This document shows positions 11,105 to 21,372 of a DNA stretch of 64,000 nt, one piece after another. Made by a program: the position numbers and the translations under genes. The notes below the pieces were generated by a model. It saw only the letters and a program-made list of their open reading frames with translations. It ran no database searches and was not told the DNA's origin. The number at the start of each line of letters is the position of its first letter. Position 1 is the first letter of the stretch. The stretch is taken from NCBI RefSeq assembly GCF_051903065.1, contig NZ_CP178438.1. The stretch is one strand, 5' to 3'. This DNA is from Escherichia coli (GTDB lineage: Bacteria > Pseudomonadota > Gammaproteobacteria > Enterobacterales > Enterobacteriaceae).

Positions 11105-11610
11105 CTTTAAAACGATAAAAACAAATGAGAGACTGAATAAATATCAGCCTCTCACATAGTTAATAAGTTTCAACTTTAATATCTGAGAAATCATTCTATC
11201 TGGGCCTTGTGGACATTAATCCTCCTGGCAACATACGACTCAAAGTTTCAGCCTTGTATAGCCATCATAAATAGTACAGGATTGGGTGCTGCTCGCATGT
11301 ATCATTCTGGTATTAATACTGATCATCAGGGGTAACTTGTATGTAATTTAAAAACCATCATATCTCAAATCTCACAATGCTCATATTTTAACCATAAAAA
11401 CTAACCGATTTACACCCGCCATATATTATCATAACTTATTGTATTTAAATGGCTATAAGCCTCTAACTCACTGATTACACCATTAAATTCAAGCCATATC
11501 CTTACGCAGATACAAGCTTGCCCCTGCTGCCATTCACGTTTTAGGATTACCTCGCTAACACGACATGCTACTTTTTAAATCAGTGTAATAATTCAAACGA
11601 GGATAAAATT

Positions 11611-12741
11611 ATGTTCGAGAAAATGAAAAACAATGTAACCCGTATACCGGGGAATTTAACAAAACTTAATCAATACCAAAAAGACATTGATCACCTGTCT
11701 AAACTATTTTCTGAACAGCAATTACTGGAACTAATGACGACTACCGAATCCGATCAAATATTGCAAATGAAGCCTGCTGTAGATATTCTTCATGTACTAT
11801 CTCCATCAGCATCTACTGCTAAGCATATCAATTTTTTTCAGCACGTCCCAGTGCTCGAACAATGGTTAAAAAAGGAGTGCACTGCCTTTAATTTACTGGC
11901 AGTACATTTCTATTCACAGCAATCCCGTAAAAATGTCATTCCGAAAGAAATCTGTATGCTACTGGATGCATTTATTAAAACTGAACTTTCATCTGCGGTT
12001 AATGGTAATAATAATGCCGAACTCCTTTCTTGTTTTCAAAACACGCTGGATAAAATGTGCAATACACTAACATTTATAGACCACACAGTTACGGAACAAT
12101 CAGGTCAAGTAGCAATGCTTGATTTCAGCGCAAAAATGCATGAATATACTGTTGAAATCAGGACCTTTTTGAAGTCTGAATACTGGCTAAACAAACTACC
12201 TAAGGATATTAATATTCCATCCATTGACCTATCCTGGCTTGTGTTTTGTTACTTTTGCTCTGAATATCTTTTTGTATTTATTCAAACAACGCTCAATACA
12301 ATGAAGGCAGGAAAAATCATTCGTGATAACTACCTTTATCATCCTAAAATGATTGCATTGATCATTTTATCTATGCTGCCTTATGAAGTCATTCATAACG
12401 ATGGATCACTGAGTGAGTTTAAAACGCCTTTAACCAGCCCTGATGAGTTCATAATCAAATCTATTTGCATTAAAGGTAAGCAAAACACTACAGGGCATAA
12501 AAAAGATATAGAACAATTGCTTCGTAAGACATATATCTATATTGCATTACTCTTAAACCCTGAGTGGGCACCATCTTCCAAGGAGTTGATTTCCTTTTTA
12601 TCAGGAAAGTCCACAGTGATAAGTGGTTCACTCAACTTCCAGTCAACCTCCAGTGGTCTGGGTGTTCAAACAAACAATATCACTCTTCTTAAGAATGAGG
12701 TTTACTTCGAAAAAATAGCGAACAAGATCATGAAACTGTAG
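11611..12741 (+). CDS. Hypothetical protein, AT-rich, no recognised domain
   Basis: 376-aa ORF with GAGGA RBS upstream of ATG. Confidence 0.5.
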   Translation: MFEKMKNNVTRIPGNLTKLNQYQKDIDHLSKLFSEQQLLELMTTTESDQILQMKPAVDILHVLSPSASTAKHINFFQHVPVLEQWLKKECTAFNLLAVHFYSQQSRKNVIPKEICMLLDAFIKTELSSAVNGNNNAELLSCFQNTLDKMCNTLTFIDHTVTEQSGQVAMLDFSAKMHEYTVEIRTFLKSEYWLNKLPKDINIPSIDLSWLVFCYFCSEYLFVFIQTTLNTMKAGKIIRDNYLYHPKMIALIILSMLPYEVIHNDGSLSEFKTPLTSPDEFIIKSICIKGKQNTTGHKKDIEQLLRKTYIYIALLLNPEWAPSSKELISFLSGKSTVISGSLNFQSTSSGLGVQTNNITLLKNEVYFEKIANKIMKL

Positions 12742-12884
12742 TTTCTTAATATAATGGCGACATGGAATTGTGTTGCCATTATATCCGAATCTGCGTTTTT
12801 TCACCTGATGAACTGTGAAAGCTGTAACTGGCAGACTATAACCTCACATCGTATTTTTCCAGTGTCATTTACAGGAGAAATACG

Positions 12885-14021
12885 ATGCCTATTCTGGATC
12901 TGCGTTTCAGCAACAAATCACTTCACCAACTTCTACATCCCCTCACGGGTTGTCAGGAATACCGTGATATTCACTGCCAAAACCTGCGTGCTCTGGTGTA
13001 TCCCAATCGGATCACGCTGGCCTTTCGTGCCACTATAAACAATCAGCGTATATATGAAACCCTGGGTCAGTTCCCTCAGCTCTGCGTTGAGGATGCCCGT
13101 CAGCATGTGATGAAACTGCTTGCTGATAAAAATCGTCTTGCGGTTCAGTCCCGTCGATTCACTGTGGAACAGGCCATCAATGACCTGTGGCTACCGGATT
13201 TGCAGTTGTATAAAAAGAGTCCTCAGTCAGAGTTGTCAAAACTCAACCTCTACGTTCGCCCGTTCTGGGGCAAGCGGCAACTTCGCGACATCACGGCAGG
13301 AGAACTAGAACAATATGCTGCTGGCTTACGGGAAAAATTACGTCCGTCAACAGTAAACCGTATCCTCGCAATATTGTCCAAAATATGCTCTCTGGCAGTA
13401 CGTGCTGGATGGATCACGCATTCCCCGATGTCACATGTCCGCTATCTGAAAGAAAATAACATTCGCTATCGCACACTGTCAGCGACAGAAATCCCGCGCT
13501 TTATTGACGCGGCAACAGCGCTGCAAACACCGGCAGCTGATTCTATATTGCTTGCTCTTTATACGGGGATGCGTATTGGTGAGGTATGTACCCTGAAATG
13601 GGAGTACTGGCACCCGGATATGCATCAACTCATACTGCCTGATACAAAGTCCGGACACCCTTTCACCTGCCCACTTGCACCTCCAGCCATTGCAGTTGTC
13701 CAGTGCCAGCAGGACCTGATGCTCAGCAAAACTTACATTTTTCCACAACTAACCGACAATGTCCGCCCTCTGGCATATCCGCGTGCAACCTTTGCCCGTA
13801 TTTGTCGGGATGCCAACATTGATAACCTGCGGATGCATGACCTGCGCCGTACCTTTGCCACCCGGGTACTACAGGCGACCGGGGATATTGCAATCGCTTC
13901 CCATCTGCTAAATCACCATTCACTCACGGCGACCCGTCGCTACGCTTTTCACAATGCAGCGACATCACACGCAGTGGTTTCTCAGGTCATAGAAAGTTAT
14001 GACACAAAAATGAACCTATGA
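12885..14021 (+). CDS. Tyrosine recombinase / phage-type integrase
   Basis: C-terminal catalytic motifs HDLRRTFAT and LNHHSLTATRRY; AGGAG RBS. Confidence 0.8.
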   Translation: MPILDLRFSNKSLHQLLHPLTGCQEYRDIHCQNLRALVYPNRITLAFRATINNQRIYETLGQFPQLCVEDARQHVMKLLADKNRLAVQSRRFTVEQAINDLWLPDLQLYKKSPQSELSKLNLYVRPFWGKRQLRDITAGELEQYAAGLREKLRPSTVNRILAILSKICSLAVRAGWITHSPMSHVRYLKENNIRYRTLSATEIPRFIDAATALQTPAADSILLALYTGMRIGEVCTLKWEYWHPDMHQLILPDTKSGHPFTCPLAPPAIAVVQCQQDLMLSKTYIFPQLTDNVRPLAYPRATFARICRDANIDNLRMHDLRRTFATRVLQATGDIAIASHLLNHHSLTATRRYAFHNAATSHAVVSQVIESYDTKMNL

Positions 14022-14163
14022 TCTGTGATTCGTGATTGATGCAACACTCGTTTAAGGACGGTATTGTCATTGCATGCTTCTGCAGGGCCCTGCATTAAGT
14101 CATCAAAGAATGTGGATTGATATTAAATCCGCGTGGTTTCTTCTTCTCTAAAACCGGAGGTTT

Positions 14164-14364
14164 ATGTATTTAACCATTAAGCAGTTTGCAGAAAGATTTA
14201 ATCTTTCCGCATCCACGGTTGCGTCAGATATATCGCGCAACCCAGGAAAACTCCCGCCCTTCATCAGAATTGGGCGGGCTATACGATTCTCTCTTGATGA
14301 TATTGTTGAGTGGGAAAATGCACATCGTCAAAACAAACTTAAAGGTGATATAAATGGTTACTAA
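14164..14364 (+). CDS. AlpA/Xis-like small HTH DNA-binding protein (putative excisionase)
   Basis: 66 aa, position downstream of integrase, GGAGG RBS. Confidence 0.6.
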   Translation: MYLTIKQFAERFNLSASTVASDISRNPGKLPPFIRIGRAIRFSLDDIVEWENAHRQNKLKGDINGY

Positions 14365-14410
14365 GAACACAGCAAATAATGCTAATAATGCACTGAACAT
14401 TCTTCCTGAA

Positions 14411-14419
14411 GCAGCAAAC
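14411..14419. repeat. 9-bp target-site duplication gcagcaaac (left copy; right copy at 15477..15485)
   Basis: Identical 9-mers directly flank the IS903-like element. Confidence 0.85.
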
Positions 14420-15476
14420 GGCTTTGTTGAATAAATCGAACTTTTGCTGAGTTGAAGGATCAGATCACGTATCTTCCCGACAACGCAGACCGTTCCGTGG
14501 CAAAGCAAAAGTTCAAAATCACCAACTGGCCCACCTACAATAAAGCCCTCATCAACCGTGGCTCCATAACTTTCTGGCTGGATGATGAAGCTATTCAGGC
14601 CTGGTATGAGTCAGCAACACCTTCTTCACGAGGCAGACCTCAGCGCTATTCTGACCTTGCCATCACGACTGTGCTGGTCATTAAACGCGTATTCAGGCTG
14701 ACCCTGCGCGCTGCGCAGGGCTTTATTGATTCCATTTTTTCTCTGATGAACGTTCCGCTACGCTGCCCGGATTACAGCTGTGTCAGCAGGCGGGCAAAGT
14801 CGGTTAATGTCAGTTTCAAAACGCCCACCCGGGGTGAAATCGCACACCTGGTAATTGATTCCACCGGGCTGAAGGTCTTCGGTGAAGGCGAGTGGAAAGT
14901 CAAAAAGCATGGCCAGGAACGCCGCCGTATCTGGCGTAAGCTGCATCTCGCCGTTGACAGTAAAACACATGAAATCATCTGCGCTGACCTGTCGCTGAAC
15001 AACGTTACGGACTCAGAGGCCTTCCCCGGGTTAATCCGGCAAACCCACCGGAAAATCAGGTCAGCCGCCGCCGATGGCGCTTACGATACCCGGCTATGTC
15101 ACGATGAACTGCGGCGTAAGAAAATCAGCGCGCTTATCCCTCCCCGAAAAGGTGCGGGTTACTGGCCCGGTGAATATGCAGACCGTAACCGTGCAGTGGC
15201 TAATCAGCGAATGACCGGGAGTAATGCGCGGTGGAAATGGACAACAGATTACAACCGTCGCTCGATAGCGGAAACGGCGATGTACCGGGTAAAACAGCTG
15301 TTCGGGGGTTCACTGACACTGCGTGACTACGATGGTCAGGTTGCAGAGGCTATGGCCCTGGTACGAGCGCTGAACAAAATGACGAAAGCAGGTATGCCTG
15401 AAAGCGTGCGTATTGCCTGAAAACACAACCCGCTACGGGGGAGACTTACCCGAAATCTGATTTATTCAACAAAGCC
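14420..15476 (+). mobile_element. IS903-like element (IS5 family), 1057 bp with terminal inverted repeats
   Basis: Terminal IRs ggctttgttgaataaatcg / cagatttattcaacaaagcc; transposase ORF; 9-bp flanking duplications. Confidence 0.85.
14452..15420 (+). CDS. IS5-family (IS903 group) DDE transposase
   Basis: ORF inside the IS; N-terminus QKFKITNWPTYNKALINRGSITFWLD; true start may be internal. Confidence 0.85.
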   Translation: MKDQITYLPDNADRSVAKQKFKITNWPTYNKALINRGSITFWLDDEAIQAWYESATPSSRGRPQRYSDLAITTVLVIKRVFRLTLRAAQGFIDSIFSLMNVPLRCPDYSCVSRRAKSVNVSFKTPTRGEIAHLVIDSTGLKVFGEGEWKVKKHGQERRRIWRKLHLAVDSKTHEIICADLSLNNVTDSEAFPGLIRQTHRKIRSAAADGAYDTRLCHDELRRKKISALIPPRKGAGYWPGEYADRNRAVANQRMTGSNARWKWTTDYNRRSIAETAMYRVKQLFGGSLTLRDYDGQVAEAMALVRALNKMTKAGMPESVRIA

Positions 15477-16065
15477 GCAGCAAACACAGCTGTAGACAAC
15501 GATGAAAAATATCTGTCCTTTGCATTAGTTCTCGCTATCACGATTATGGACAACTTAGTAAAGCTCATCGGCACAGATGGCTTCGTACTTTATACCTACA
15601 CCCTGCAGGACACGGCTACTGCTCGTGCTGTTTTTAATGAATTAGCCAGGCGTCTCAAAAATTTCAATCGTCAGGAGGAGGTCTACACCACCGATTCCCT
15701 CACCTTTCGAATGAAATACATTTACGGTGTTACCCTGTTCGAACATGATAGTAAATCTATCCTTAACCTCTTTGATAAGAAGGGTTATCCGGTATTGAGT
15801 GAATCAGGAGAACCCGGTTCTCTTGATGATATGTATCTTGACATTCAAGCCCGATTACATGGCGGCTACGCCTCAAAAAAGTTTCTTCATTTACATGAAC
15901 ATTGTCTGTTATCTGCACACGTTACCCCGTCTGTGGAAAAGACGCAACGCGGTATCCTGATTAAAGTAGGCAGGAAACTCGTTTCCTTTATCCATGTAGA
16001 TGATGAATCACACAAAACCGATATTTTCAAATCTGTAGTAAATGTTATTAAATCTTGATTCTTTA

Positions 16066-16093
16066 TGCCGGGACACAGCTCCCGGCATTTTTT
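16066..16093 (+). terminator. Hairpin plus T-tract just upstream of the piPolB start
   Basis: tgccggga-cacagc-tcccggca followed by tttttt. Confidence 0.5.
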
Positions 16094-16104
16094 CGGAGTT
16101 AACT

Positions 16105-18705
16105 ATGAGCAATAATTTGCAGGACATCCTCGCTGCCGCCTCGGGGTATCAGTCCGTGACTTCAGAGCCAGCGTTCAATCGTAAAAGACCTAAAACGCTT
16201 GATGATTATCCTGTGATACCACCTGCATCAAAAAAAGTATCTGTTATTTCAAGTGACCTGACACTCCATATCGGTTTTGATACCGAATATGTTTTCAACC
16301 CTGAAACACGACAGAATGATATTCTGTCATATCAGAGTTATGTTGTCTTACCCGATAATACAGGTATATCGAACATTATCTATCCACCTGACTCACAGAA
16401 AAAATCCCGGCTGTCTTTTAAGGAATTTCTCTGTCAAACGATTACACCGCTTCTTGAAACGGGTGTGATTACAAAATGGCCCGGTATTATTAATATATAT
16501 GCGCATTTCATTCGTGCGGATATCGCCTCCTTTGCCAATTTCTGGTCAGACTACAAAATTCTTCTGAAAGGAATACGCGGTACTGTCAGCAGCTTCAAAA
16601 ATCGTTACGGTATCGATTTTGATGAACAGCAGGAACGTCGCGTAAAGACTGAACAGATAATGTTTGACAAACGAACTTCCCCTCCGCGTTGCAGTAACGT
16701 AGCTTTCATCGATACACTGCTTATCACTCCCGGGGGTATGGGTCTGGCTGAATGTGGTGAATTACTGGGTCTTCCCAAACTCACCATTCCTGCACCTTAT
16801 TCCATAACCAATATGCGTGAATATCTTCTGGGCGACAGAGCAGGGTTTGAAGCCTATGCTCTGCGGGATGCCGAGATTGCGGTTCGTTATGCTTTACAGG
16901 TTCGCAATTTTTGCGCCCGGGAGCTGATGATTGATCGTGTCCCCGCCACCATCGGGGCGATGGCAGTTTCACGGTTCACCAAAACACTTAAAGAAAACAA
17001 TATGTCTCCTGAAGTCTGCCTTGGGACACACATTAAAACCCGTGAACTCTGGCTCACGGAGAAACAGGCATTCCGGACGATTAAAAACCCCGCCAGTGTT
17101 CCTTCAAGAGAGTTGTTTGAAACGTTCCCGATCAACTGTTACCACGGCGGACGCAATGAGTGTTTTATGATGGGGGTTACACCGTCTGATCACTGGTATG
17201 ACTACGATCTGGCTGGAGCGTATACCACCGGGCTATTAGATATCCTCACACCCGATTACGGGAACATCCGCCTCAGTAAAAATCCGGACGATTACTGTGG
17301 GCATGTAATGGGATTTGCGCTTGTCACATTTCGGTTCCCGGAATCAGTTCCCTATCCCAGCCTGCCGGTTCGGACCGATCAATATGGGTTATTCTTTCCA
17401 TTAAGTGGCGAATCATGGGCAACGGCACCTGAAATCGAACTTGCTCTGTCGCTCGGGGCAGAGATGACGATCCATAATGGGATCATCGTCCCCTGGATCT
17501 GTGACACCTCCCCACATAACAGCGAATCAACATCGGTGTTTCTTCCCTTTGTTCAACAGGTCCGTGAGAACCGTAATCGCCATATTAAAGGTTCTCTGGA
17601 GGAGAAATTCTGGAAAGAAATTGGCAACTCGCTTTATGGCAAACTTGCTCAGGGCCTTCGCGCCAAAACCGCCTTTGATACTGCCCGTGGATTAAACAGA
17701 TCCCTCCCACCATCATCGGTTACTCAGCCATTCTTTGCTGCGCATGTGACGGGATTTATCCGCGCCGTTGTCGGGGAACTCATGAATGCTTTGCCTTCTG
17801 ATTCATCGGTTGTCAGCGTCACAACCGATGGTTTTTTGACAAATTGCCCACTTGACAAGATAAACATGAGCGGTCCACTGTCTTCCCGCTTCCAGTCGCT
17901 GTGCGATATTGTTGATCCGGGTTCATCAATGTTGACATGTAAGCATGAGGTCAGCCAGCTTATCGCCATGAAAACCCGGGGGCAGTTAACCTATAGAGCT
18001 ATTCAGGGAAAACCTGTTGTTCATGCCAGGGCTGGCGTCAAACCTCCTGCCGATATTCCACGCAGTGACTATAACGACTATATGGTAGATCTTTACCTTA
18101 ATCGTTTACCCGGTCAGACGTTATCCCGAAGTACGTTGATATCAACGCGTGAGATGTGGCTCTCGGAAAGCGATCTGGTATCCCGGGAACAGGATATCCG
18201 TCTTAATCTGGAATTCGATTTCAAACGCCAGCCCGTACAGCCCGCCATGAATGAAGGGCATTTACTGATGTTTTCCCGCCCGTGGGATAATATGGAAGAG
18301 GCTCTGCAGCAACGCTCTCTTTTCGACGACTGGCGGCAAACGCATACACTGAAGACCCTGGCTGACTGGGATGACTGGTGTGATTTTCTCTATTGCCGGA
18401 CGGTGTTTTCTGATATGAAACTAAAAGTCGGAAGCAAACGTAGTGATGATATTTTAGTCAGACTATTTCTCCGGGCGCTGACTCAGTGCCAATGGGGGCT
18501 GATGCTGAAAGATAAAAAAAGTTATTCCTGTAAAGAGGTTGCTGAATGGCTGACGTCAGAAGGCTATTCAGTAACGGTGACTGATGTAAAAAATGCGGTA
18601 AGAGCAAAAATACCCCAAATGAAATTTAGTTCTGTAACACCGCGAATGAAGTCACTGATGGATATCATAGCCCGTAAATATCCGACATTCTGTCTTCCAG
18701 TCTGA
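16105..18705 (+). CDS. Family-B DNA polymerase of the primer-independent (piPolB) type
   Basis: Exo I FDTEY, Exo III YALRD, motif B NSLYGKL, motif C VTTDG, and KTRG in place of KxY; start taken at MSNNLQ after GGAG. Confidence 0.8.
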   Translation: MSNNLQDILAAASGYQSVTSEPAFNRKRPKTLDDYPVIPPASKKVSVISSDLTLHIGFDTEYVFNPETRQNDILSYQSYVVLPDNTGISNIIYPPDSQKKSRLSFKEFLCQTITPLLETGVITKWPGIINIYAHFIRADIASFANFWSDYKILLKGIRGTVSSFKNRYGIDFDEQQERRVKTEQIMFDKRTSPPRCSNVAFIDTLLITPGGMGLAECGELLGLPKLTIPAPYSITNMREYLLGDRAGFEAYALRDAEIAVRYALQVRNFCARELMIDRVPATIGAMAVSRFTKTLKENNMSPEVCLGTHIKTRELWLTEKQAFRTIKNPASVPSRELFETFPINCYHGGRNECFMMGVTPSDHWYDYDLAGAYTTGLLDILTPDYGNIRLSKNPDDYCGHVMGFALVTFRFPESVPYPSLPVRTDQYGLFFPLSGESWATAPEIELALSLGAEMTIHNGIIVPWICDTSPHNSESTSVFLPFVQQVRENRNRHIKGSLEEKFWKEIGNSLYGKLAQGLRAKTAFDTARGLNRSLPPSSVTQPFFAAHVTGFIRAVVGELMNALPSDSSVVSVTTDGFLTNCPLDKINMSGPLSSRFQSLCDIVDPGSSMLTCKHEVSQLIAMKTRGQLTYRAIQGKPVVHARAGVKPPADIPRSDYNDYMVDLYLNRLPGQTLSRSTLISTREMWLSESDLVSREQDIRLNLEFDFKRQPVQPAMNEGHLLMFSRPWDNMEEALQQRSLFDDWRQTHTLKTLADWDDWCDFLYCRTVFSDMKLKVGSKRSDDILVRLFLRALTQCQWGLMLKDKKSYSCKEVAEWLTSEGYSVTVTDVKNAVRAKIPQMKFSSVTPRMKSLMDIIARKYPTFCLPV

Positions 18706-18753
18706 TAACCGTTAAATCTCCCCCAACTCCTTTAACAGAAGTTGGGGGCTTAA

Positions 18754-19080
18754 TCACAGGCAATCGGCATCAAAACAGTGAAATAACTGCCGCGCGTCAG
18801 GATGGCCATTTACATGATAGATCCGCATGGCATGACAGGTGATACTCTGGAGATTAGCCGCCAGCCTTTTCCCCATATTCACCAGTATGCCGTGTGGTAT
18901 TTTACTGCTTGTACTGTTTACTGTCAGAGTAAAACAATTTGTTTCAACGCTGACCTCAATAAAATCATTTCCAAATAATGTACCGACAACCTGCCTGATT
19001 GTTTCTTCATAATCTGTCAGATCAATGACATCACGCCATCTCGCATTTACGAGTTGATACTTTCTGATATGTAAATACAT
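18754..19080 (-). CDS. Hypothetical protein (108 aa)
   Basis: ORF with AAAGGTGG RBS. Confidence 0.45.
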   Translation of the reverse strand: MYLHIRKYQLVNARWRDVIDLTDYEETIRQVVGTLFGNDFIEVSVETNCFTLTVNSTSSKIPHGILVNMGKRLAANLQSITCHAMRIYHVNGHPDARQLFHCFDADCL

Positions 19081-19299
19081 AGAACCACCTTTATGTTATT
19101 TCAACTAATATGATGTTCTCCGATATTATGAAAATATTAATCATCATTGTAATTGCTGATAACCTCTCTAACCTTCGGATCTTACGTTCCCCCCTGCCTC
19201 TCCGACTTGATGGCAAAAGTGCATGGTCAAATATGCAGCAAAAACATGTCATGTACAGGTCAGGATAATAATTATCACCCTGAACTTAAAAATACACAT

Positions 19300-19410
19300 G
19301 GACAGGATGAGTCCACATGTTATTCGATGATTCCAGCAATGTTTTAATATATTGATAATTAATGAGTTAATTTTTTTCTCCGTCACAGTAAAAGTGGACT
19401 CATCCTGTCC
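19300..19410. repeat. Perfect 17-bp inverted repeat pair (19300..19316 and 19394..19410) around a 77-bp AT-rich spacer, upstream of the WYL regulator gene
   Basis: ggacaggatgagtccac and its exact reverse complement gtggactcatcctgtcc. Confidence 0.7.
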
Positions 19411-19459
19411 GTTACTTTGCTGAAAATATCCTCTTCGCTGGCATTAACCGGATAAACGA

Positions 19460-20362
19460 ATGGGTAAGCACGATAAACTTGGATATCGACTCGGATTGAT
19501 ATTAACTCGCCTGAACAATGGTGAGTCACTAGCCGTCCGGGAGTTATCTGAGGAATTTAACGTTTGCGAAAAAACTATCCGTCGCGATCTTACTCAGCGC
19601 CTGTCCTATCTTAATCTGATTCGACAAAATGGTCGCTATCGCCTGTCTGACGGTGTTCTCGGTCAACGCAGCAATGCTGATTTACGTCATTTCACGCGCA
19701 TCCTGGGTATTGAAGGGCTGTTCCCTCGCTGGGATGACAGACTACTGAGTATTTTGTTAGGTAACACGAAAAATAACCCGTTTCTGATAAAACAACGTCC
19801 ATACGAAAACTGCGGATCATTCATGTCAATTCTGAATGTATTATCCGATGCCATCCTGTCACAGAAGAAAGTAAATTTTAATTACAAAGATAAAGAGTTT
19901 CGGGCTGTTGAGCCATACAGACTGGTTAATGACAACGGATTGTGGTATCTCGCTGCCGCCCATGACAGTACATTAAAAAGCTTTGTTATCTCATCTGTCA
20001 AAGACGTTTGCATGAGTAATATCTCTTTCAGGATAATCCCCGAAATTAATGAAAAAATAGAAAAGACAGATGGTATCTGGTATAGCGAAGACCTTATCGA
20101 AGTTCTCATTTCAGTTTCCGCACATGTTGCTCCGTGGTTTACCCACCGTCATCTATTGCCAGGACAGGAAATAATTCATACTTCCCGGTCTGGCGATTTA
20201 CTGGTGATATCACGTGTAACACACACAGATCAGATAATGCCTTTAATGAAATACTGGATACCGGATGTCGAAGTAATACAACCGGCCTCAATCCGTCAAC
20301 AACTTGCTGAAGATATACAATCCGCACTGAAACGTTACACCCAGCCAAGTAACGCCCCGTAA
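19460..20362 (+). CDS. WYL-domain transcriptional regulator (HTH-WYL-WCX; YafY/BrxR/CapW-like)
   Basis: N-terminal HTH ([21 protein letters not shown]), central GLWYL signature. Confidence 0.75.
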   Translation: MGKHDKLGYRLGLILTRLNNGESLAVRELSEEFNVCEKTIRRDLTQRLSYLNLIRQNGRYRLSDGVLGQRSNADLRHFTRILGIEGLFPRWDDRLLSILLGNTKNNPFLIKQRPYENCGSFMSILNVLSDAILSQKKVNFNYKDKEFRAVEPYRLVNDNGLWYLAAAHDSTLKSFVISSVKDVCMSNISFRIIPEINEKIEKTDGIWYSEDLIEVLISVSAHVAPWFTHRHLLPGQEIIHTSRSGDLLVISRVTHTDQIMPLMKYWIPDVEVIQPASIRQQLAEDIQSALKRYTQPSNAP

Positions 20363-20423
20363 TGACACGGATAATATAATTTTCATTAAGTGCTATTTTT
20401 ATAAGCTAAAAAATGGAGTTACC

Positions 20424-21242
20424 ATGAAAAAATGCCCGGTTCTTCTTGTTGTATCAGGGTTTCTGACCGAAAATGATATATCATGGTTTAACCGAATTAA
20501 AGCAGGGTGTGGCCTTGATGTCAGATACTATAAATGGGAATCGGCAAATCTACTATCCATATTAAGTTCTGACATAGCGAACAAGTGGGGGTTATATACT
20601 CTCTTCCCCCTGAGAACATCTCCTTTATTGTCATCAATCTCCATTCCATTTAAAGCGCGTCAGGCCTGGTATAATGCAACGAAAGCAGCAGTTAATAACA
20701 GAGAAAAATTAGCACACGTAATAAACGAGATATACGTTAAAGAAAAGCGTAATGTGATCATAATGGGTCATTCTTTAGGGACTCGATTAATAAACAATAC
20801 ATTACCCTATATAAAAAATGATAATATTCTCTTAACAATCTCTATGGCCGGAGCCACCCCAATAACAAGTTATACAGAGAACATAATGAAAATGGCTTAC
20901 GGTTCAAAAATGGGGCATTTAAATATCTACAGTGAACATGATAAAGTACTTAACACGATATACCCTCTCGTAGAGTCAGTAACGCCAATTGGGGTTCGGG
21001 AGGTGAGATTCAGACCTGCTCGGGTGATCAACTGGAAGTGGGATATTGGTCACACTGAATATATTACTTCAAACAGGATTGATTCATTAACACACTGGTT
21101 AAATGTTACCTGTGCCGATTTAGCTGATCCAGCCGTAGAAATCACTGACGACGACATGAAATCATTTCATGATATTATTAATCTTGCGAATTTAACATGT
21201 CATAAAAACACTGTCGCACCTAAATTAATATCATTTGAGTAG
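20424..21242 (+). CDS. Putative alpha/beta hydrolase (GHSLG nucleophile elbow)
   Basis: 272 aa, IIMGHSLGTR motif; GGAG RBS; 61 bp downstream of the WYL gene. Confidence 0.55.
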   Translation: MKKCPVLLVVSGFLTENDISWFNRIKAGCGLDVRYYKWESANLLSILSSDIANKWGLYTLFPLRTSPLLSSISIPFKARQAWYNATKAAVNNREKLAHVINEIYVKEKRNVIIMGHSLGTRLINNTLPYIKNDNILLTISMAGATPITSYTENIMKMAYGSKMGHLNIYSEHDKVLNTIYPLVESVTPIGVREVRFRPARVINWKWDIGHTEYITSNRIDSLTHWLNVTCADLADPAVEITDDDMKSFHDIINLANLTCHKNTVAPKLISFE

Positions 21243-21261
21243 TTAAAAAAAGGTTGCATTA

Positions 21262-21300
21262 TAACGGGAGTGTATATTTACTCCCGTTAAGTTTCATATT
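21262..21300. terminator. Stem-loop between convergent hydrolase and small HTH genes
   Basis: taacgggag-loop-ctcccgtta, T-rich downstream. Confidence 0.45.
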
Positions 21301-21372
21301 TTATAGAATTGATATGGGGTGATGCTGCCAACTTACTGATTTAGTGTATGATGGTGTTTTTGAGGTGCTCCA

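Larger units (their letters stand above)
14354..16058 (+). pseudogene. Hypothetical gene split by the IS903-like insertion (N-part 14354..14419, C-part 15486..16058)
   Basis: Removing the IS and one duplication copy joins the two parts in frame into a ~213-codon ORF; ORF 15546..16058 is the C-part. Confidence 0.5.

Noticed and set aside
16042-16104. Upstream ATG (16042) extending the polymerase ORF by 21 codons
   Set aside because: The extension overlaps the preceding gene's stop and the terminator-like hairpin; a GGAG RBS precedes the ATG at 16105.
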